From the NCBI GenBank assembly GCA_049515535.1, contig JBEKTZ010000005.1:62001-126000 (forward strand): 64,000 bases of DNA, read 5' to 3'. Source of the stretch: Candidatus Aminicenantales bacterium. GTDB lineage: Bacteria; Acidobacteriota; Aminicenantia; Aminicenantales; UBA4085. Position 1 is the stretch's first letter; every line of letters begins with the position of its first letter. Below are positions 9,563 to 20,333 of the stretch, piece by piece. The position numbers and the translations under genes are program-made. Under the pieces are notes generated by a model. It had not been told where the DNA came from, made no database searches, and saw only the letters and a program-made list of their open reading frames with translations.

Positions 9563-12500
9563 TTATTTCTTCTTCCCGATCAATTCCAGCACTTTTTCAA
9601 TCGCCTTGTCGAGCTGCGGGTCCTGTCCGGCCAATTCATGGCTCAGGTCGTTGATCACGAGAATGTCGGGCTTGATCCCGCCCAACGTCTCGATGTCCTG
9701 CCCGTCAAGCGTGTAGCAGCCCCAGTATGGCAAGCGGAACGAGCCGCCGTTGATCAGGCCGACGGAGGTCGTGAAGATCAGCCAGCCGTACGTCACGTTC
9801 CCAACCACGGGACCGCGTTTCAGGGACTTGAATCCGTTCGTCGTCATCTCGCCGTCGCTCAGCGTGATTTCGTTGGTGACGACCACGACGGGCTTGTCGG
9901 CAAAGCCGAAGGTCGATTGCGGCGTCTCCGACAGGCCCCGCACCCGCCACTGGGCGTATTTCGGCTTCATCAGCGCTTCAAGGACGCGATCGTGGACGTT
10001 CCCCCCGTTGTTGAACCGCAGGTCCAGAATCAGCCCTTTGCGAGGGACGGCGTCCCGCTCGAGCTCGAGCAGGAACCGGTTGAGGTCGCCCATGCCCATG
10101 GCCCGCATATAAATATAAGCCGCCCGATCGTCGGTTTTTTGTTTGACGAGTTCGCACCGGCCCGCGATCCATTCCTCGAGGAGGAGCCGGTTTTCCTCGC
10201 CCGACGAAATCGGCTTGATCGAAACTTCGGCCGTCTTCTGCGTCTTGGGGTTCTTGAACTCGAGCTTCAACCGCTTCTCGAGCTTACCGTTGAAATAGGT
10301 CCAGATATTCCTGCCGGCGTCCACTGGTCTGCCGTCGACGAAAACGAGCTCGTCTCCCGCCGCAACGTTGTCCCGCTGATCATAAAGAGGGCCGTCCTTG
10401 ATGAGGCGGTCGAGGATGACCTTCCCGTTTTCGAATTTCCAGACGGCGCCCGCGTGCGCGCTCGGCTCATCGACGCGCCCCGTCCGCGGCATGTTGAAGC
10501 CCATGTGCGACGAGTTGAGCCAGCCGATCATTTCGTTGGCGTAGTCCGCGAAGTCCTGGTCTTCGCGGACCTGTTGCAGGACGGGGCGGTGTTGCTCATA
10601 GACGTCCCGCCAATTCGTCTTGTGGTGCGTCTCGTCGTAATAATAATACTGGAGCGTGTAATAGAGTTCGCCGAGCATTTGTTCGTAATCGGCCGTTTTA
10701 TCGACCATGATTTTGGTGTCGAAAGCGACGCTCTTCTGTTTCTGGCCGCCGAGCTCGATGCGACCGATGCGGCCGCCGCTGAGATAATAAAGCGTCTCTC
10801 CCTTTTTATCGAGCTGGAGGAAAGAGGGATTGCCGATCTGGGCCATGAACGGCTCGAAAGGACCGCGGTCTTTCTTTTTGAGACTCGTCTTCCAAAGGTG
10901 GCTCCGGCCGTCCATGTTGGAGACGAAATAGACCGTTTCGTCCTTGGGGGCGAACGCGTATTCCTGTTCGTTGCCCAGCGTGTTGACGATGATCTCGGTT
11001 TGGCGATCGATATTCTCGAGCTTCAGGACGACATCGAGAGCGGTTTTTTCGTCTTTCTTGACGTCGGGCTTATCTTTCTTTTCAGCCTCCTCTTTGACGA
11101 AGAGCTTTTCAAAATCGTCCTCGTCGAACTCGGGTTTTCTGGGCTGAAGCTGGAGCCGCTAGAGGTCCCACTGACCCGTGAATTCTGGAAAACTGTGGCC
11201 GGAACGGTTGGACGCGAAGAGAAGGGTTTTCCCATCGGAGGTCCACCGCGGGCCGCTTTCATCATAGGCCGTGTTGGTCATGAGAATTTTTCTGCCCGAA
11301 GCGACCTCGACCGCGAAGATATCGAGATTCCCGTTGCGGCGGACCGTGACGGCGAGATATTTGCCGTCCGGAGACCAGGCAAAATCATCGGCGAACCGGC
11401 CGCCGAAATCATCCTCGACGAGAAGGCGGTCGTTCTGGCCGTCGGGCTGGATGAGACGGAGCTCGCGGGGACCGCGGTAATAGGCGATCGTTTTTCCGTC
11501 CGGCGAAAACTGGGGTGAATTCTCGTCCTCCGCGGAAACCGTCAGGCGCCTGGGCTTGTCGTTGCCGAGCGCCGAGACGATGTAAAGATCCGGGCCGGCA
11601 TTGACGTCGGAGACAAAGACAAGATTCCGGCTGTCCTTATCCCAATCGACGTTTCGCTCGCGCCAGGGGCTGTTGGTGACGTTCCGGGCATAACCGCCGT
11701 CGCTCGACAAGACGAAGATATCGCCGCGGACGACCGCCGCGATCTTCTTCCCGTCCGGGGAGACCTGGAATTCCGAAACGGGCGCGTTTTCGACGAAGAA
11801 CGTCCGGTTCTCTTTGTTCTCGGCCGGAGCGTCGATCGGAACGCGGCGCGAATCGCCGGTCTGGACGTTCGTGACCCAGACGCCGAAATCTTTTTCATAA
11901 GCGGCCATGGGCGCGCGGGCGGCCACCGACATCCAGCGGACGTCGCCTTGCTTGAACTGGGTGACAGGTTTCACGTCCGACCCGTCCCTGGCCGCCGTCC
12001 AGATGTTATAGACGCCGGATTTCCGGTCGCTGACGAAATACAGGCGGCTCCCGTCAAGGCTCCAATCAGGCCAAAAAGCGTTGCTGGAATCGTCCACGAT
12101 CTTCTTCGCGACCGTCCCATCGAGCTCCTTGATCCATAGCTTCGCGGTATTGGCCCCGCGATAGCCGCGCCGCCACCAGAAACCGTTTTCCATGCCTTCG
12201 GAAAACAGGACGGACCTTCCGTCGGGACTGATCCGGGCCTGATAGGCCCAGTTCCAATAGGTTTCGAGAACCGGCAGCTCGTTTCCCCCGGTCAACGGGA
12301 CCTTATAAAGGCTAGAGGACGAAGCACGGCCGGAACGAAAGATCACCCAGCGGCTGTCAGGGGTGAAATCCGTGGCCACGTCATCGCCGGAATGGAACGT
12401 AAGCTGGATGGGAGTTCCTCCCTGCGACTTCATTATGAAAACATCGTTGTTGCCGAAACGATTCGAAGTGAAAGCCAGCCACTGGCCGTCCGGCGACCAG

Positions 12501-12727
12501 ATCGGCTCTCGTTCATAGGCTACGTTATCCGTCAAGCGGTAGGCTTTGCCGCCTTCGGTCGGAACCAGCCAGATGTCCCCCATATAGGAAAAGGCGATTT
12601 GCTTGCCGTCCGGGGAGATGGCCGGATGTCGGGCCCCGATGAGCGGTTTTTCCTCCGCTTGGACTATGCCGGAAAGAATAAAAAAAACCAGCGCTGTAAA
12701 AAGAAAAAATGCGTTTATTCGTCTCAT
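9563..12727 (-). pseudogene. Tricorn-like S41 peptidase (PD40 propellers + PDZ + S41) interrupted by one in-frame TAG at 11159-11161; nonsense allele, sequencing error or readthrough
   Basis: ORFs 11159-12742 and 9563-10915 share a frame and are joined by 81 open codons; PD40 repeats (SPDGK..), DLRFNNGGN, catalytic TLSDGE; GGAGGA SD before ATG 12727. Confidence 0.85.
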
Positions 12728-12769
12728 CGTCCAATCCTCCACACGGAAATTATATTGAATTCAGATCAA

Positions 12770-13000
12770 ACGAAGAAGAATAAAATTTAAAAAAATGTAC
12801 TATTTATGAACAGTTTTTGAAAATTTTATTCAAACCACTCTAAATAAATTAATAACGATATTATTTATCTAATATGTCCATATATTATACATTTTTTATT
12901 ATATAAATAAGACGATTAAAAATGCTCTATTGTATTGATATATATGTAATTAGCTAATTTAGGGTTATATTGGCATTAATCTTGCTGTTATTAAAAGTGA
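12770..13000. other. Very AT-rich divergent intergenic region
   Basis: Almost entirely A/T over ~230 nt in a GC-rich background. Confidence 0.8.
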
Positions 13001-13023
13001 AGATAGGAAGAGGGAAAAAGATA

Positions 13024-13611
13024 ATGAGAAAAATTTCGATCCTGGTCGCAATCATAATCCTGGCATTGTCCGCTTCATCCGCATTCGCTGAAATGGTTGA
13101 ACTCAGCTCTGCTTCTTCCCTGATCGAAACCGCGCTAGTCCCGAATCTTCCTTCCGCCTTGGCTAATTTCGATCTTATTCCGATTCCTGACAAAGAAATC
13201 AGTTATACGGAACTCGGTGATCTGGATCTTAGCCCGAGAAACGTCGTTTATGGAGCCGGAAGAAGCTATTTGAACACTGATTTCCGAACATCTTCGATGG
13301 GCGATAAGCTCTTCACGGCTTCTCTTGTCTCGCTCGTTGTTCTGAATGTCGCGGATTACTTTTCGACCTTGGACGCTCTGAAGCATCCCGGCCTCGGAGA
13401 GGGCAACCCTTTGATGAAGCCCTTCGTCAAGAGTCCCCTCGTCTTTGCCGCGGTCAAGGCGGGGATTTCGACACTCTCTTTTTTGAGCATGAAGTCCATA
13501 TACAAAAAAAATAGGCCCCTTGCCTGGGTTCTTTCCACGGCCGCCAACTTCGCAATGTCCTATGTCGTCTCCAACAACCTTCGCCTCATCGATAAAATCA
13601 AAGGAAGATAA
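13024..13611 (+). CDS. Hypothetical membrane protein (DUF5658-like C-terminal domain)
   Basis: Signal peptide; D..ST...G..EGNP motif followed by hydrophobic helices. Confidence 0.6.
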   Translation: MRKISILVAIIILALSASSAFAEMVELSSASSLIETALVPNLPSALANFDLIPIPDKEISYTELGDLDLSPRNVVYGAGRSYLNTDFRTSSMGDKLFTASLVSLVVLNVADYFSTLDALKHPGLGEGNPLMKPFVKSPLVFAAVKAGISTLSFLSMKSIYKKNRPLAWVLSTAANFAMSYVVSNNLRLIDKIKGR

Positions 13612-13790
13612 TGCCGATGAGCCCTGACATTGACGCTTGTCTCAAGGAATTTCAAGAAGTTAAGTCCAATAGTGATCTTCATTCTCCGGCCTTAGACGAT
13701 CAGTTAATCGATTATCTTCTCGAAACGGATTCCCAAACCAAGATCCAGATCGCCCGCGTGCCGGGGATCGCAAAATCAGAAAAATCATAA
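13611..13790 (+). CDS. Putative 59-aa small protein, translationally coupled to the upstream gene
   Basis: TAATG stop/start overlap preceded by AAGGAAG; open to TAA at 13788-13790; absent from the ORF track. Confidence 0.4.
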   Translation: MPMSPDIDACLKEFQEVKSNSDLHSPALDDQLIDYLLETDSQTKIQIARVPGIAKSEKS

Positions 13791-13926
13791 ATCCTGTTTC
13801 TTGCTCACGGGCAGCTTCATTATTCTCGCGGACCTTTCCGCGGAGAATCTCTGCCTGTTATTAAACGATAGGGATAGAAGTGTCCATTAATGAGACATTT
13901 TTCGCGGCGGAGAAGGATTTGTTTGT

Positions 13927-15018
13927 TTACAGGTGCTCAGACTTATTTTTATCGGCTAGAATTTCCAAGATTTCCTTGACTCTTTGATCAAGATCCTTCC
14001 GGCAAACCAATAAAGCGTCTTTCGTGTCGACGACAATCAGATCTTTGACCCCGATCAGTGCCGTGAGTTTTCGCGGGTTATAACATAGCGTGTTTTGAGA
14101 ATCCAGAATGACGGCGTCGCCTTTCACCGCGTTCCCCGATCCGTCCTTGTCCCAGATGTCGAAGAGGGACGACCACGCGCCGACGTCGGACCATCCGAAA
14201 TCCCCTTCGCCGACGAGCACGCCATCGGCTTTTTCCATAAGGGCGTAATCGATGGAGATGGCCGGAATTTCTTCAAAAATCGCGGCCATCTTCACTCGGG
14301 ATCCGCTTTTCAAGGCCTCCAACATGCGCCGCCAATAGGGAAACAACTCCGGGGCGAAGCGTTCAATTTTCCGGGCGAAAACCCCAGCCCGCCAAATGAA
14401 CATTCCCGAATTCCAGTAATATCGGCCTGACCGGAGAAAATCCAAGGCCGTCTCATAAGAAGGCTTTTCTTTGAACGCCTCGACGTCCCAAAAAGAAATA
14501 CCGGCATGCCGGCGGGTCTTCTCTTTGCGATATTGGATATAACCGTATCCCGTCGAAGGAAACGTCGGCGGAATGCCGAAGGTGATCAGGGACTCCTCGC
14601 TTGCCGCAGCCTCGGCGGCCGCTTCGAGTCTCTTCAAAAAAGCCGAGTGCTCGGCGATCAGATGGTCGGACGGAAGAACGGCGACCACGGCCTCCGGATT
14701 CCGTAAATAAATCCAGGCCGTGGCCATGATGAGCGAGGGCGCCGTGTTTTTGCCCTTCGGCTCGACCAGCAGGTTCCGCTTCGGCACGCCCGGCAATATC
14801 CGCCGAATGGTCCGCGTTTGCCCGCCGTTGGCGACGGTATAGATCTTCGTCGACGGAACAAGCGGATGGAGTCTCAGCACGGTTTCCTCGATCATCGTCT
14901 TATCGCTGATGATCGGCAGGAATTGCTTCGGCGTTCTTCTCCGGCTGAGCGGCCAGAACCGCGTGCCGCTTCCCCCGGCCAGGATGACCGCGTGAAGATC
15001 GGGTTTCCTTTTCATCAC
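13927..15018 (-). CDS. manC: Mannose-1-phosphate guanylyltransferase
   Basis: VILAGGSGTRFWPLSR..PKQF, PSDH, WNSGMF, ISIDYA, WSDVGAW. Confidence 0.95.
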   Translation of the reverse strand: MMKRKPDLHAVILAGGSGTRFWPLSRRRTPKQFLPIISDKTMIEETVLRLHPLVPSTKIYTVANGGQTRTIRRILPGVPKRNLLVEPKGKNTAPSLIMATAWIYLRNPEAVVAVLPSDHLIAEHSAFLKRLEAAAEAAASEESLITFGIPPTFPSTGYGYIQYRKEKTRRHAGISFWDVEAFKEKPSYETALDFLRSGRYYWNSGMFIWRAGVFARKIERFAPELFPYWRRMLEALKSGSRVKMAAIFEEIPAISIDYALMEKADGVLVGEGDFGWSDVGAWSSLFDIWDKDGSGNAVKGDAVILDSQNTLCYNPRKLTALIGVKDLIVVDTKDALLVCRKDLDQRVKEILEILADKNKSEHL

Positions 15019-16382
15019 TTTCCCAATTTTTTGATGGCCTGCTCGACGGCCCCCTTCATTTCTTTCTTGATCGCCTCGAGGTCTTGTTCGGTCTCGGCTT
15101 CGAAGCGCAAGACCAGGGCCGCCTGGGTGTTTGAAGCCCGGACCAATCCCCAGCCCTTCGGAAATACGGCGCGCACGCCGTCGATGTCGATGACCGGATA
15201 TTTCTCGGCCAGAGCCTTCCTCACTTCATCGACGATCTTGAACTTGACCTCTTCCGAGGCGTAGATGCGGATCTCGGGCGTGCTGTAAGTCTTCGGCAGC
15301 CCGGCCAGCATTTTCGACAGCTTCACGTCCGCGCGGGACAGGAGCTCAGCTAATCGCGCGGAGGCGTAGATCGCATCGTCGAACCCAAAAAACCGATCGG
15401 CGAAAAAGATATGGCCGCTCATCTCGCCGGCCAGCAGCGCTTTTTCCTCTTTGATCTTTTTCTTGATGAGCGAATGGCCCGTCTTCCACATGATGGGCTT
15501 CCCGCCTAGTCTCGCGATCTCGTCATAAAGCAACTGCGTCGCCTTGACTTCGGAAATGATCGCCGCTCCGGGATGCGAGCGCAGGATGTCCCTCGCGAAA
15601 AAGATCATCAGCTGGTCGCCCCAGATCAAATGGCCCTCGTCGTCGGCCACGCCGATCCTGTCCGCGTCACCGTCGTAGGCGATGCCGAAGTCGGCTTTCG
15701 TCTCGACCACTTTCCTGATCATGTCTTGCATGGCTTCGGGAAGCGTCGGGTCGGGATGATGGTTGGGAAAATGTCCGTCCATGTCACAATAGAGCTCCAC
15801 GACGTCGCAGCCCAGCTTTTTAAAAATCGGCACGGCCACGACGCCGCCCGTCCCGTTTCCCGCGTCGATGACGACCTTGAGCTTTCTTTCGAGGCGGATG
15901 TTGTTCGTGACGAAGTCCTTGTATTCCGGGACGATATCGTACGACGCTTCTGTCCCTTCCCGATCGACGAGGAATTCGTCGTTCTTGATGATGCGATAGA
16001 TGGCCTGGATCGTTTCGCCGTAAAGCGTTTCCTTTCCCGACATTATTTTGAAGCCGTTGTATTCGGGAGGGTTGTGCGAGCCCGTGATCATGACGCCCGC
16101 CTCTCCGTTCTTGTCAAAAATCATGAAATAGAGGAGGGGTGTCGGGATCGTCCCCAGGTCCACGGTTCGGCACCCCGTCGCGCGAAGGCCTTTTATCAAA
16201 GCCCGGGAATAGTCCGGCGAGCTCAGGCGGCAGTCGCGGCCCACGACCGCTTCGCGCTTCCCCTGCCGGCGGAAATAGGTGCCCATCCCCCGGCCCAGGA
16301 TTTCCACCGTGTCCGGCGTCAAATCCTTGCCGACGAGGCCTCGGATATCATATTCTCGAAAAATGTTCGGGTTGATCTCCAC
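15015..16382 (-). CDS. manB: Phosphomannomutase/phosphoglucomutase
   Basis: IFREYDIRG, TGSHNP, DGDADR, GEMSGH, LVRASNT. Confidence 0.96.
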   Translation of the reverse strand: MEINPNIFREYDIRGLVGKDLTPDTVEILGRGMGTYFRRQGKREAVVGRDCRLSSPDYSRALIKGLRATGCRTVDLGTIPTPLLYFMIFDKNGEAGVMITGSHNPPEYNGFKIMSGKETLYGETIQAIYRIIKNDEFLVDREGTEASYDIVPEYKDFVTNNIRLERKLKVVIDAGNGTGGVVAVPIFKKLGCDVVELYCDMDGHFPNHHPDPTLPEAMQDMIRKVVETKADFGIAYDGDADRIGVADDEGHLIWGDQLMIFFARDILRSHPGAAIISEVKATQLLYDEIARLGGKPIMWKTGHSLIKKKIKEEKALLAGEMSGHIFFADRFFGFDDAIYASARLAELLSRADVKLSKMLAGLPKTYSTPEIRIYASEEVKFKIVDEVRKALAEKYPVIDIDGVRAVFPKGWGLVRASNTQAALVLRFEAETEQDLEAIKKEMKGAVEQAIKKLGK

Positions 16383-16405
16383 GTGCGTCCTCCCGTTTGG
16401 CTTAG

Positions 16406-16948
16406 CTAAAATTTTCGATCAAAAATGGACTTAAATCTCGTCGTGATCAGGTCCCATTTCTTCTGGGCACCGATGATGAACTCGATAAATTCCCGGAACG
16501 CGCCGCGTCCGCCGTCCTTCTCACAAATGTAATGCGCGTATCTCTTGACGAGCCTGTGAGCGTCGCCCACGGCCGCCGCCAGTCCCACGGATTTCATGAC
16601 TTCGAGGTCTCCCAGGTCGTCTCCGATATAGGCGACCTCCTCGGGCTCGAGCCCGTATTTTTCGAGGATCTTCTTGAAGACAGGCATCTTGTCGACGGCT
16701 CCCTGGTGGATTTCGCTGATCTTCAGCCGCTCCGCTCTTTTCTCGAGCGCCTTGGAATTCTTACCCGTGATGATGCCGAACTTGAGGTCCGCGAGCTGGG
16801 CGAGAAGGACACCCATCCCGTCTTTGACGTCATAGGACTTGACTTCTTCGCCATCGGGAAGCACGGCGAGTCGCCCGTCTGTGAGGGTGCCGTCCACATC
16901 CGTCAGGACCATTTTGATTCGCCGAGCCCGCCTTTTATTCCTCATCAA
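16406..16948 (-). CDS. kdsC: KDO 8-phosphate phosphatase (HAD family)
   Basis: DVDGTLTDG, IGDDLGD, GGRGAFRE; kds gene context. Confidence 0.93.
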   Translation of the reverse strand: MMRNKRRARRIKMVLTDVDGTLTDGRLAVLPDGEEVKSYDVKDGMGVLLAQLADLKFGIITGKNSKALEKRAERLKISEIHQGAVDKMPVFKKILEKYGLEPEEVAYIGDDLGDLEVMKSVGLAAAVGDAHRLVKRYAHYICEKDGGRGAFREFIEFIIGAQKKWDLITTRFKSIFDRKF

Positions 16949-17916
16949 AACATTTCCGTCCGCCAGAGATCATGGAGGTGGATGATCCCCGCGACCCGCC
17001 CACCCTTGCCCGTGATGACGAGCGAGGTGATCCTTTTTCGTTCCATGATGTTGAGGGCCTCCGTGGCCAGTCCGGATTTATCGATCGTCAGCGGATTCGA
17101 CGACATGCACTCCCGCGCTTTCTTATCGAGGAGGGTTTCCCGATATTTCCGGATCATCCGGCGCAGGTCCCCGTCCGTGATGATGCCCTCCAGCGCGCCG
17201 TCGTCGTTCACGACACAGGTCAGGCCCAGTTTTTTTTGGGTCATCTCCTCGATCGCCGCGCCCATCGGCGTGTCCGGCTTGACCACGGGAATAGCTCGGC
17301 CTTTATGCATGAGGCTTTCGACCCGGAGGAGTTTCTTCCCGATCGCGCCCTTGGGATGGACGGAGGCGAAATCCCTTTCGCTGAAACCCTTTTTTTTCAT
17401 CAGCGCGACGGCCAGCGCGTCGCCGAGGGCGAGCGCGGCGGTGGAACTGGCCGTCGGGACCAACCCGCTCGGCTCGGCTTCCTTCTCGACGCGGGCGTCG
17501 AGGACGATGTCGCTGTATTTCGCGATCTTCGAGTTTTTGTTTCCCGTGAGGCAGATGAGCTTCACCCCGATCCGTTTGATGAAATCGAGGAGGTCGATGA
17601 TCTCGCGCGTCTCGCCGCTGTAAGACACGGCGATGATGACATCCTGCTTCAAGATCATGCCGAGGTCGCCGTGCCCGGCTTCGGCCGGATGGACGAACAT
17701 CGCCGGCGTCCCGCAACTGGCCAGCGTCGCCGCGATCTTGCGTCCCACGAGCCCGGACTTGCCCATGCCGATGACGATGATCCGGGACTTCGTCTTGGTG
17801 AGCAGGTCCACGGCCTTGGCGAAATTCTCGTCGAGACGCGGGATCAGGGCTTCGACGGCACGGGCCTCGATCTCGAGGACTTCTCTGCCTGTCTGGATGA
17901 GATCTCTCTTCGTCAT
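16945..17916 (-). CDS. kdsD: Arabinose 5-phosphate isomerase (KpsF/GutQ, SIS + CBS)
   Basis: GMGKSG, HPAEAGHGDLG, PTASST, HPKGAIG, CBS pair. Confidence 0.95.
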   Translation of the reverse strand: MTKRDLIQTGREVLEIEARAVEALIPRLDENFAKAVDLLTKTKSRIIVIGMGKSGLVGRKIAATLASCGTPAMFVHPAEAGHGDLGMILKQDVIIAVSYSGETREIIDLLDFIKRIGVKLICLTGNKNSKIAKYSDIVLDARVEKEAEPSGLVPTASSTAALALGDALAVALMKKKGFSERDFASVHPKGAIGKKLLRVESLMHKGRAIPVVKPDTPMGAAIEEMTQKKLGLTCVVNDDGALEGIITDGDLRRMIRKYRETLLDKKARECMSSNPLTIDKSGLATEALNIMERKRITSLVITGKGGRVAGIIHLHDLWRTEMF

Positions 17917-17926
17917 GAAAATTCCT

Positions 17927-18754
17927 CTAGAGGGCTTTTTTCAAGCGCAGCAGCGCTTTGAGCAATTCTTCCAATTCATTCATTTTCAGCGAATTATCTT
18001 TGTCCGATAAGGCCGCCGCGGGATTGTCATGAACCTCAAGAAAGACGCCGTCCGCTCCCACGCTGATCCCCGCTTTGGCCATGGCCGGGATAAACTCCCG
18101 ATCGCCACCGGAAGCCGTCCCCTGGCCTCCGGGCTTCTGAACGCTGTGGGACGCGTCAATGACGACGGGATAGCCCCAGACCTTCATAATCGGGATGGAG
18201 CGGAGATCGACGACGAGGTTGTTGTAACCGAACATCGTCCCACGCTCGGTGAGGATGATCTTCTTGTTGCCCCGGCTCTCGATTTTTTCGACCACGTTTT
18301 TCATGTCATGAGGCGAAAGGAACTGCCCCTTCTTGATGTTGATCGGCTTCTGCGTTTTCGCCGCGGCCAGAAGGAGATCGGTCTGGCGGCAGAGGAACGC
18401 CGGGATTTGAATGACATCGAGGACCTCGGCGGCCCTTTCAACCTGGTCCGTTTCATGAAGATCGGACAGCACCGGTATCCCGAGACGGTGCTTTATCTCC
18501 TGCAGGATCTCGAGCCCTTTCTCCAGGCCCGGGCCCCTGAACGAGCGGAGGGAGGAGCGGTTGGCCTTGTCGAACGAGGCCTTGAAAATGAAAGGGACGT
18601 TGAGCCGGCCGCAGATATTTTTTAGGCGACGGGCGAGGGAGAAGCAATGATCGCGGCTTTCGATGACGCAGGGGCCGGCGATCAGAAAAAAGCCGCCGGC
18701 TCCGCCGATCTTCAGGCCGGGGCTAATTCTTATTTCTTTCGAGGCGGTGCGCAT
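17927..18754 (-). CDS. kdsA: KDO 8-phosphate synthase
   Basis: AGPCVIES, KASFDKANRSS, PAFLCRQTDL, KKGQF, ERG. Confidence 0.97.
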   Translation of the reverse strand: MRTASKEIRISPGLKIGGAGGFFLIAGPCVIESRDHCFSLARRLKNICGRLNVPFIFKASFDKANRSSLRSFRGPGLEKGLEILQEIKHRLGIPVLSDLHETDQVERAAEVLDVIQIPAFLCRQTDLLLAAAKTQKPINIKKGQFLSPHDMKNVVEKIESRGNKKIILTERGTMFGYNNLVVDLRSIPIMKVWGYPVVIDASHSVQKPGGQGTASGGDREFIPAMAKAGISVGADGVFLEVHDNPAAALSDKDNSLKMNELEELLKALLRLKKAL

Positions 18755-20333
18755 GACTGGCTCCAATGAAAGCCTTGAAGAGAGGGTGCGGTTTCAAGGG
18801 CTTGGATTTGAACTCGGGATGGAACTGGCAGCCCAAAAACCACGGATGGTTCTTGATCTCGACGAGCTCGACCAGGCCGTAGTCCGGGTTCTTGCCTGAG
18901 ATGAACAGACCGGCCTCCGCCAGCGGCCTTTCATAGTCGGGATTGAACTCAAAGCGGTGGCGATGGCGTTCGTAGATCTCGGAGGTCCGGTAGGTTTTAT
19001 AGGCGAAGGAATTCTTTTCCAATCGGCACAAATATTGGCCAAGCCTCATCGTCCCGCCGAGATCCTGGATCCCCTTGAGTTCTCTCCATTTGAAGAAAAC
19101 TTTATGCGGCGCGTCTTCATCGAATTCCGTGCTGTTCGCGCCGGATAGGCCCGCCACGTTCCGGGCGAATTCGATCGTGGCGCATTGCATGCCCAAGCAG
19201 ATGCCGAAGAACGGGACCTTGCGCTCCCGCGCATACGTGACGGCCCGGATTTTTCCCTCGATCCCGCGATGGCCGAATCCGCCGGGGACAAGGATGCCGT
19301 CCTTGTCGCGCAAGACTTTATCGATTTTCCCGGTCTCCAGGTCCTCGGCCTCGATCCAGGAGATTTTCACTTTCACGCGGTTGGCAAGGCCGCCGTGGTC
19401 GAGAGCCTGCTTCAGGCTCAAATAGGAATCTTTGAGGCCAGCGTATTTCCCCACCAGGGCGATATCGACCTCGTCCTTGGGATGGGCCATTCTATTGACG
19501 AGAGATTTCCACTGCCCCATGTTTCGCTTTCTGGATTCGAGCTTCAACTGCTTGAGGATGTATGTGTCCAGGCCTTCTTTGGCGAATATCAGCGGGACTT
19601 CATATATATTGGACACGTCCTTGGCCGTGATCACGGCTTCGACAGGAACGTTCGTGAACAAAGAGATCTTCGTTTTCAGATCCTGAGTGAGGAACCTGTC
19701 CATGCGGCAGAGCAGGATATCGGGCTGAATGCCGATCGCCCGCAGCTCCTTGACGGTATGCTGCGTCGGTTTCGTCTTGAGCTCCCCCGAAGTGCCGATA
19801 TAGGGGACAAGGGTCAAGTGAACGAACAGCGTGTTTTCGTGTCCGAGAGTCAAGCGCATCTGGCGCGTGGCTTCGAGGAATGGCAGGCTTTCGATGTCGC
19901 CGACGGTGCCCCCAATTTCGATGATGATGATATCGTTATCGCTCGAAACCGCGTGGAACGCATTCTTGATTTCGTCCGTCACCTGGGGAATGACCTGGAC
20001 CGTTTTCCCAAGATATTCGCCTCTTCTCTCTTTCCGGATGATCAGGTCATAGATCCTGCCGGCCGTCCAGTTGTGGTATTTAGTCGTTCGCGTCGACGTA
20101 AATCGTTCATAATGGCCAAGATCCAGGTCTGTTTCCGCGCCATCGTCCGTGACATAGACTTCGCCGTGCTGGAAGGGATTCATCGTCCCGGGATCGACAT
20201 TGAGGTAGGGATCGAACTTCTGGAGCGTAATCTTGAAGCCGTGGCTTTCAAGAAGCCGGCCGATCGAAGCGGCGGCGATCCCCTTTCCCAAGCCAGACAA
20301 AACGCCTCCGGTCACGAAAATATATTTACCCAT
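18723..20333 (-). CDS. pyrG: CTP synthase
   Basis: YIFVTGGVLSGLGKG, KTKPTQH, GICLGMQ, QFHPEF. Confidence 0.98.
   Translation of the reverse strand: MGKYIFVTGGVLSGLGKGIAAASIGRLLESHGFKITLQKFDPYLNVDPGTMNPFQHGEVYVTDDGAETDLDLGHYERFTSTRTTKYHNWTAGRIYDLIIRKERRGEYLGKTVQVIPQVTDEIKNAFHAVSSDNDIIIIEIGGTVGDIESLPFLEATRQMRLTLGHENTLFVHLTLVPYIGTSGELKTKPTQHTVKELRAIGIQPDILLCRMDRFLTQDLKTKISLFTNVPVEAVITAKDVSNIYEVPLIFAKEGLDTYILKQLKLESRKRNMGQWKSLVNRMAHPKDEVDIALVGKYAGLKDSYLSLKQALDHGGLANRVKVKISWIEAEDLETGKIDKVLRDKDGILVPGGFGHRGIEGKIRAVTYARERKVPFFGICLGMQCATIEFARNVAGLSGANSTEFDEDAPHKVFFKWRELKGIQDLGGTMRLGQYLCRLEKNSFAYKTYRTSEIYERHRHRFEFNPDYERPLAEAGLFISGKNPDYGLVELVEIKNHPWFLGCQFHPEFKSKPLKPHPLFKAFIGASHAHRLERNKN

Noticed and set aside
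11159..11161. Genome-wide TAG reassignment
   Set aside because: TAG ends several conserved genes at their expected lengths (16406, 18723, 26382, 39901)
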